Assembly (NCBI GenBank): GCA_002269645.1
Contig: NIVC01000162.1
Coordinates: 487,545-551,544, forward strand
Direction: 5' to 3'
DNA from: Macrostomum lignano
Taxonomy: Eukaryota
DNA: 64,000 nt
Positions 40,801 through 49,800 of the stretch are shown here, piece after piece. A model generated the notes under the pieces. It searched no databases. It saw only the letters and a list, made by a program, of their open reading frames with translations, and had not been told where the DNA came from. Positions within the stretch are counted from its first letter, which is position 1. Each line of letters starts with the position of its first letter. A program made the position numbers and the translations under genes.

Positions 40801-43800
40801 GAACAGAAAGGTGAAGAGAGTGAACAGAAAGGTGAAGAGAGTGAACAAGAGAGTGAACAGAAAGGTGAAGAGAGTGAACAAGAGAGTGAACAGAAAGGTG
40901 AAGAGAGTGAACAGAAAAGTGAAGAGAGTGAACAAGAGAGTGAAGAGAGTGGTGAAGAGAGTGAACAAGAGAGTGAAGAGAGTGGTGAAGAGAGTGAACA
41001 AGAGAGTGAACAGAAAGGTGAAGAGAGTGAATAAGAGAGTGAACAGAAAAGTGAAGAGAGTGAACAAGAGAGTGAAGAGAGTGAAGATGAAGAAGTCCTC
41101 ATTTTGGCTTTAAGCAGTTACAAAAAATTGCAAATACAAGCACAATGCAGCCCTTCTTGCCAATCCTAGTTGGAAACAGGGATAAAATATACGACTAGAA
41201 TTGGTCCCACGGTTGGCACACAGGAGAAGGAAAAGCATTGAAATCAAAATTACACTTAGGCGAAATTTAGTCCGAATCTGCTTCCCAAAGTCTCTGAAAA
41301 TCTCGCACATTCGACCGGCTTTTGGTAGCCCTGCGAAAAAAACGCATTTAGATGGAAGAGATACAGGCTTTGTTTCAATCGTTTTTTGCGCTTGCATTAT
41401 TGATTCGAGAAGAGCGGTGGATGGTGTAAAAGATAATAAAGATGCGAAAATGTTACGAAATCGATCTATTGATTTAGACTAGGCTATGCTCAAATAAGTT
41501 AGGACAGTTGGATCCTATTCTATGTCTATTCTCAGTGGTAATCAAGGTCTACTCTCTTGATGATGAAGGGTCTATCCTCAGGGGTAATCAAGGTCTACTC
41601 TCTGGGTGATGGTCTATTCTCGGGGGTATTCAAGGTTACTCTCTTGATGATGAAGAGTCTATTCTCAGGTGTAATAAAGGTCTACTCTCTGGGTGATAAA
41701 GGGTCTATGCTCAAGGTGACGGAGGTCTATTCCCAAGGTGATAAAGGGTCTAGGCTCAAGGTGACGGAGGTCTATTCCCAAGGTGATAAAGGGTCTATGC
41801 TCAAGGTGACGGAGGTCTATTCCCAAAGTGATAAAGGGTCTAGGCTCAAGGTGACGGAGGTCTATTCCCAAGGTGATAAAGGGTCTATGCTCAAGGTGAC
41901 GGAGGTCTATTCCCAAAGTGATAAAGGGTCTAGGCTCAAGGTGACGGAGGTCTATTCCCAAGGTGCTGAGGGTCTATTCTCAGGAATAATGAAGGATGGA
42001 TTCTGGATGGTGATAGGGCGATTTTGCATAGACTAGATTCCAGAATTAACTAAAAAATGGCAGATTTGAGCGCAAGGAAATCAGAAAAAGCAGAAAATGC
42101 GATGTAAGTAATATAAATATTAAACTCGTTTCTTTGGCTTCAGCAAGTGTTATTGGTATTTTTGTTCCAAATTTTTTATTGGAATAAAGTTGATAAATGC
42201 CAAAATTTGATACGCAGGCATTAGTAGATTAAAACTATGCTTTTCGAAGAATAATATATCCCTTACTAAGCCGCGATATTTGTCGTGCACTTGTCGCTTA
42301 AAGTCGCTAAAAATGACGGACAGTCTGCCAGACTTGGGCAGGTCTACAATATAGCGCATAGTTTTTATGGGCACAAATGCAAGCAAGCTACTGAAAGTAG
42401 TACAATTTAGCGGCACTATTGCCTGCTGATTTGGAATGGAAACGTCTGAAACAAACAGCTACAGTAGAGCTGGGGCTATCCTATTAACTATAGCGAGAAC
42501 ATAACTCACAAGCTGCTTAAACTTGCATCTGGCCTTCAGGGCAAAATCGGAAAACATGTACAGAATACGACCGCGACAAGGAATCCCTGAAACACAGACG
42601 GAGTCAATAATCTCTGAAAACAGTGCAGAGTATATACTGCTCTTGACCAGCTGTGCTAGAACGACACCATGCTCGTTGGAAACGGCGCTTTTCTTTGGTT
42701 CAAAGAATTATTTCCTGGATTACTAAGCACTAAATAACTTACAGACAGTCTCATTTTCAAACGACTTGCGGAACGAAAATTTTGAAATATATACAGCAGC
42801 CTACACGAGGTGGGGATTCCTTCGGATGGAGGGCGGCGACCGCGATTATTTTTTTATATCGAGATTTATATGTGCAGAGATAAGAAAGTCGCAAGTGCTT
42901 TGTGACCCGGCAGTAGTAGACTATTACTAGCAGTAGGTAGTCTCGGGTTTAACTTAAAAAGACAGACTCACGCTAATCCGATATTTGGCCCGAATTTTGG
43001 TGCCAAAATTGGAGTGCAAATAGTTAATCCGACTGTCCTTAGGGAGGTCTGCAATCGATGCCAGTAAAATCAATAAGCGATACGCTTCGGTAGGAGTAAA
43101 GAGCGAGGGCCAAGGAAGGAAAACATCGCAAGCTGCTGAGGCGCTAAGAAATTTGAAAATGCCTACTTAAACTTAGTAGTAGTATGTATGAAATTGCACG
43201 TATTTATCAATCTTACAAAGCTTCTAAACCGGAAGCGCATTTTCCGGCGCAAATCGATAAATAGGAAGATAGTGCGCGATGCGTAGGGCAGCTCTGAAAT
43301 CAAGTGTTTTATGGTGCTGCTTTGGGGCCGGAATCTGCCGCTAAGGTAGACAGGCCTAATTGCCTACTGAAAACGTCGCTAGAGATCAATTTACGGAGTT
43401 CAGACAGACGAAGCACTGAACAGGTGATTTTCGTTTATAAGTTTATTAACTTCGATCCAAACTACAGATACTAGAATAACTAGATGGACCACTCAGCACA
43501 TTTGCGTGTAAGCTACTTGCAGTTCAGTAGAAAGTTATACAGAAGCATTTTAATGTATTTTTCAAGACAAGGCTTATTTATTTTCTATGAAACACTAAAA
43601 CCTACCCCAAGCTGCCAAGTACATTTCAGTGGGGTGTTGGCCAATGTACAATACGAGTGAACCAATTAGCAAGTTGTTTACGTCTGCAAGCTTTGTTTGT
43701 TTGTTTGGCTTCTAAACTTATCAAAGTCATTTGAGCTTATGTTTTCTTCTTTGCTACTGAACTGGAAGTAGAAAGCTGTTTTACTAAATAAATATTCACA

Positions 43801-46800
43801 AGTGGCCTTATCTAGTTATTTTAGTATTTTGTGCACTAAACAGAGTAATGATCTTGATTAGACCTCAATACAGAGTTCCATTGCATCGAGATTCACCCCT
43901 AGAATCCTAAGCATCCCTTGACAGGAACGGATCCCGAGACTTCTACCCTCACAATCAAGCTAATAGCTTGCTAAAACAAAGAAAAACAAGAGAGCCACAA
44001 CACCAAAAAACCATGACAGCTGCTCATCCTGTCTTACTGTCTCTCTGTACTTGGCCCTAAGCGCGCTGCGTATGTGACAAAACACCCTGTCAGGCCGGGA
44101 TTTGTACGGCAAATCTGTAAGCATTAAATATTTTGTTAAATAATAATTCCTAGCCTCTAATCAGCATTTAGCCGGAACCAAATTAGACGAAATGGATTAG
44201 AAACGTCACAAGAGCACCTATTGATTAAATTGAACAGAAGAGACCAGATTGACTAAATCAAACCAACTTGGGTCTCACATTAAGTTTCAAAGCGTGCCTA
44301 GACTCGAAGCGCATCTTAGAGAATGCTGTTGAGATTCGAAATTCGCTTCGCAGTCCTGAAATTGAACAGGTCTGAACTATGCCGCTCTGCCTTGTTTCAA
44401 ATTCACTTTTTCTCATTGCTCAGCACTTGTTGGAAGGAGAAACCGCCATTTGCCCGGCTAATCCCAACTTACTAGCGCTTTGAAACGCTTTTTAGCGTCG
44501 GTTCTAAACGAAATGAAAATCATTGAGATCCGCGCCTCTTTCGGCAGCCCTGCAAACGCGCGCAATTGTTAAGGCGGGGCATTGAGCTTAAACAAATAGG
44601 GGAGATCTGAACTCGGCTTTCACAGGCCTGGAAACGGCTTTGCTTCATTTCTGTTATCATTTAAACAGAAAATATTTAATACTACTGTAAAAATGCGACA
44701 TCTACTACTTACGCAAAGTTTAAGTCGCGTTCTGGCGTTTAGTTTAAACGACTTGAATATAAAGTTAATTCGGCCATCTTTAGGCAGCCCTGGAAATCGG
44801 CCAATCGGTTGTTGCCTCTTGTATATTAACTAAGAAGAGATATTTGCATCTGGAAACGCTGCATGCAGCTCAGTGGACTCAAGCTCAAGGCGAATAATAG
44901 GGAAGCCAGAACTAGTTAAAGTTTGATTCTTCAGTTAAGCAAGAGTATATATCCCTATCCGTTGCCCCATCAACACTTACACACAGTTTAAGCCGGGCTC
45001 TGGCATTCCGTCTAAAGGACAGAAATATAAAATTTATTCGGCCCTCTTTTGGCAGACCTAAAAAAACAGATTGCATACGAATAAATTGGATTCTCTTGGC
45101 CCAGCAGCTGACATTTTTGTCAGTGTCAATTGACTTGACCGGAGAATCTGGAAACGCTGCAGCTAAAGTTTAAGCATTCGAATCCATAGCAGCCGGAGTC
45201 AGACTGGAGGCGACACGCAATGACACATAACTTGATAAATACTATTAGTCGCAGCACTTACAGAAGTTTTCAATCTAAGCCGCATATCGCGACGGAATTC
45301 AGCGAACATGGCGACAGTACGCCTTAGCAGTTCTACAATTTTTTTTCAATAATTTAAATATAATAACAGTGCACAAATATCCTTTTAATACTACTATCCA
45401 GCGGCCTAGTTAGTAGCAGATGCACATAGTGTACTATAAAATGTCAGATCTATAAAAAACTGCGTATAAACAGCTGACAAGGGCAGAATAGCGGGACGTT
45501 ACCAATTGGTGAAGAAAGACAGCAGTCAGAACCCCATTTTTATTGAAAATAATAGTTAATTAGGTAATTAATTCATACGCGACTTACAATTGATGGCAGC
45601 AATTTTATTGCCATTACTCAACAATTTATTGCTGAATATAATATATAAAAACAAATAATAATATTATTTAAAAGTGAGTGCATTGCTTCGAAAGGTGAAA
45701 GATAGTGCTTTAAAATTACAAATGAAATTATTGCCTCTGAATTATATGTCATATTTAGTAAATTTTAACATAGATAATTTAATTTGCTCAAGCCAAAGAA
45801 CTTGCGACGTTTCCAGACCAAGTAGGCAAGGAGAAAAAGTGACACATTTGGAATTACACAAGCTGCTTATATAATAATTATTAACAGTGCTTGTACTTGC
45901 TATCAGTAGTAGTATGCAGAGAATATTGTTTCAAATGCACAAATTCGCAAGCAAGATATTCAACTAGTTAGTAGGCTTAAGGGAGGCGACCAACAAAGAG
46001 TTAAATTTATTGATTTTTTTGGTGCACCAATATCTCAGCTTTGCATCCCTGTCAACTTAATAAGCACCAATTCTTATTAAATGCATCATATACACAAAAT
46101 TATAATTCCGTTTTGGACACCCATCGTATTTATCCAGCTATAAAAATAATTGATTTTCAATATCAAGCCGCCAATCTCAAGCCTACACTAATATGCTCAA
46201 TACTACGGTAGCTAACAGCTGCATATTAAGTGCCAAAAAATGCCAAACTCACTCTGCCAGACGTCGTCCGGCCAGCCTTTGCCTTCGGCCATCTCTTTAG
46301 CCTTAGCCATGACCATGGCGGCAACTTGTTGGTTGGGCTCCGCGGAGAAGCTAAGCGAGAGGACAAGTGGGAATCGACAGGAGCAGGAATTAGCCAATTT
46401 AATGCAGCCATACATTATTAATAAAGAATGGGGACGGCAACTCACTGAAGGATTTGGGCACGGCAACCCACTGAAGGATTTGGGCACGGCAACCCACTGA
46501 AGGATTTGGGCACGGCAACTCACTGAAGGATTTGGGCACGGCAACCCACTGAAGGATTTGGGCACGGCAACCCACTGAAGGATTTGGGCACGGCAACTCA
46601 CTGAAGGATTTGGGCACGGCAACTCACTGAAGGATTTGGGCACGGCAACTCACTGAAGGATTTGGGCACGGCAACTCACTGAAGGATTTGGGCACGGCAA
46701 CTCACTGAAGGATTTGGGCACGGCAACTCACTGAAGGATTTGGGCACGGCAACTCACTGAAGGATTTGGGGATGGGCACGGCAACCCACTGAAGGATTTG

Positions 46801-49800
46801 GGCACGGCAACCCACTGAAGGATTTGGGGATGGGGACGGCAACCCACTGAAGGATTTGGGCACGGCAACTCACTGAAGGATTTGGGGATGGGGACGGCAA
46901 CTCACTGAAGGATTTGGGGACGGCAACTCACTGAAGGATTTGGGCACGGCAACCCACTGAAGGATTTGGGCACGGCAACTCACTGAAGGATTTGGGCACG
47001 GCAACCCACTGAAGGATTTGGGCACGGCAACCCACTGAAGGATTTGGGCACGGCAACCCACTGAAGGATTTGGGGATGGGGACGGCAACTCACTGAAGGA
47101 TTTGGGGACGGCAACTCACTGAAGGATTTGGGGACGGCAACTCACTGAAGGATTTGGGGATGGGGACGGCAACCCACTGAAGGATTTGGGCACGGCAACT
47201 CACTGAAGGATTTGGGCACGGCAACCCACTGAAGAATTTGGGGATGGGGACGGCAACCCACTGAAGGATTTGGGGGTGGGGACGGCAACCCACTGAAGGA
47301 TTTGGGCACGGCAACCCACTGAAGGATTTGGGCACGGCAACCCACTGAAGAATTTGGGGATGGGGACGGCAACCCACTGAAGGATTTGGGGATGGGGACG
47401 GCAACCCACTGTAGGATTTGGGGGTGGGGACGGCAACCCACTGAAGGATTTGGGGGTGGGGACGGCAACCCACTGAAGGATTTGGGGGTGGGGAGGGCAA
47501 CCCACTGAAGGATTTGGGGGTGAGGACGGCAACCCACTGAAGGATTTGGGGATGGGGACGGCAACCCACTGTAGGATTTGGGGGTGGGCACGGCAACCCA
47601 CTGAAGGATTTGGGCACGGCAACCCACTGAAGGATTTGGGCACGGCAACCCACTGAAGGATTTGGGCACGGCAACTCACTGAAGGATTTGGGGATGGGGA
47701 CGGCAACCCACTGAAGGATTTGGGCACGGCAACCCACTGAAGGATTTGGGGATGGGGACGGCAACTCACTGAAGGATTTGGGGACGGCAACTCACTGAAG
47801 GATTTGGGGACGGCAACTCACTGAAGGATTTGGGGATGGGGACGGCAACTCACTGAAGGATTTGGGGACGGCAACTCACTGAAGGATTTGGGGATGGGGA
47901 CGGCAACTCACTGAAGGATTTGGGGATGGGGACGGCAACTCACTGAAGGATTTGGGCACGGCAACCCACTGAAGGATTTGGGCACGGCAACTCACTGAAG
48001 GATTTGGGCACGGCAACCCACTGAAGGATTTGGGCACGGCAACCCACTGAAGGATTTGGGGATGGGGACGGCAACTCACTGAAGGATTTGGGCACGGCAA
48101 CCCACTGAAGGATTTGGGGACGGCAACTCACTGAAGGATTTGGGCACGGCAACTCACTGAAGGATTTGGGCACGGCAACTCACTGAAGGATTTGGGGACG
48201 GCAACCCACTGAAGGATTTGGGGATGGGGACGGCAACCCACTGTAGGATTTGGGGGTGGGGACGGCAACCCACTGAAGGATTTGGGGGTGGGGACGGCAA
48301 CCCACTGAAGGATTTGGGGGTGGGGAGGGCAACCCACTGAAGGATTTGGGGGTGAGGACGGCAACCCACTGAAGGATTTGGGGATGGGGACGGCAACCCA
48401 CTGTAGGATTTGGGGGTGGGGACGGCAACCCACTGAAGGATTTGGGGATGGGGACGGCAACCCACTGAAGGATTTGGGGATGGGGACGGCAACCCACTGA
48501 AGGATTTGGGGACGGCAACTCACTGAAGGATTTGGGGATGGGGACGGCAACCCACTGAAGGATTTGGGGGTGGGGACGGCAACCCACTGAAGGATTTGGG
48601 CACGGCAACCCACTGAAGGATTTGGGCACGGCAACCCACTGAAGAATTTGGGCACGGCAACCCACTGAAGAATTTGGGGATGGGGACGGCAACCCACTGA
48701 AGGATTTGGGGATGGGGACGGCAACCCACTGTAGGATTTGGGGGTGGGGACGGCAACCCACTGAAGGATTTGGGGATGGGGACGGCAACCCACTGAAGGA
48801 TTTGGGGGTGGGGAGGGCAACCCACTGAAGGATTTGGGGGTGAGGACGGCAACCCACTGAAGGATTTGGGGGTGGGGAGGGCAACCCACTGAAGGATTTG
48901 GGGGTGAGGACGGCAACCCACTGAAGGATTTGGGGGTGGGGACGGCAACCCACTGAAGGATTTGGGGGTGAGGACGGCAACCCACTGAAGGATTTGGGGA
49001 TGGGGACGGCAACCCACTGAAGGATTTGGGGGTGGGGAGGGCAACCCACTGAAGGATTTGGGGGTGAGGACGGCAACCCACTGAAGGATTTGGGGGTGGG
49101 GAGGGCAACCCACTGAAGGATTTGGGGGTGAGGACGGCAACCCACTGAAGGATTTGGGCACGGCAACCCACTGAAGGATTTGGGCACGGCAACCCACTGA
49201 AGAATTTGGGCACGGCAACCCACTGAAGAATTTGGGGATGGGGACGGCAACCCACTGAAGGATTTGGGGATGGGGACGGCAACCCACTGTAGGATTTGGG
49301 GGTGGGGACGGCAACCCACTGAAGGATTTGGGGATGGGGACGGCAACCCACTGAAGGATTTGGGGGTGGGGAGGGCAACCCACTGAAGGATTTGGGGGTG
49401 AGGACGGCAACCCACTGAAGGATTTGGGGGTGGGGAGGGCAACCCACTGAAGGATTTGGGGGTGAGGACGGCAACCCACTGAAGGATTTGGGGGTGGGGA
49501 CGGCAACCCACTGAAGGATTTGGGGGTGAGGACGGCAACCCACTGAAGGATTTGGGGGTGAGGACGGCAACCCACTGAAGGATTTTGGGGATGGGGACGG
49601 CAACCCACTGAAGTATTTGGGGATGGGGAGGGCAACCCACTGAAGGATTTGGGGGTGAGGACGGCAACCCACTGAAGTATTTGGGGATGGGGAGGGCAAC
49701 CCACTGAAGGATTTGGGGATGGGGACGGCAACCCACTGAAGGATTTGGGGGTGAGGACGGCAACCCACTGAAGGATTTGGGGATGGGGAGGGCAACCCAC

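Larger units (their letters stand above)
42130..45161 (-). promoter_or_regulatory. Putative selector sequences, about one per variant exon, complementary to the docking site
   Basis: Plus-strand matches to the docking transcript sequence: 45147-45161, 44849-44863, 44625-44645, 44403-44419, 44198-44212, 43742-43768, 43360-43379, 43118-43132 (and 43160-43168), 42884-42902, 42677-42700, 42419-42446, 42130-42146. Confidence 0.72.

Noticed and set aside
39834-41113. Ser/Leu-rich and Lys/Arg/Glu-rich ORFs on both strands
   Set aside because: They come from the purine-rich compound repeat and have no domain content.
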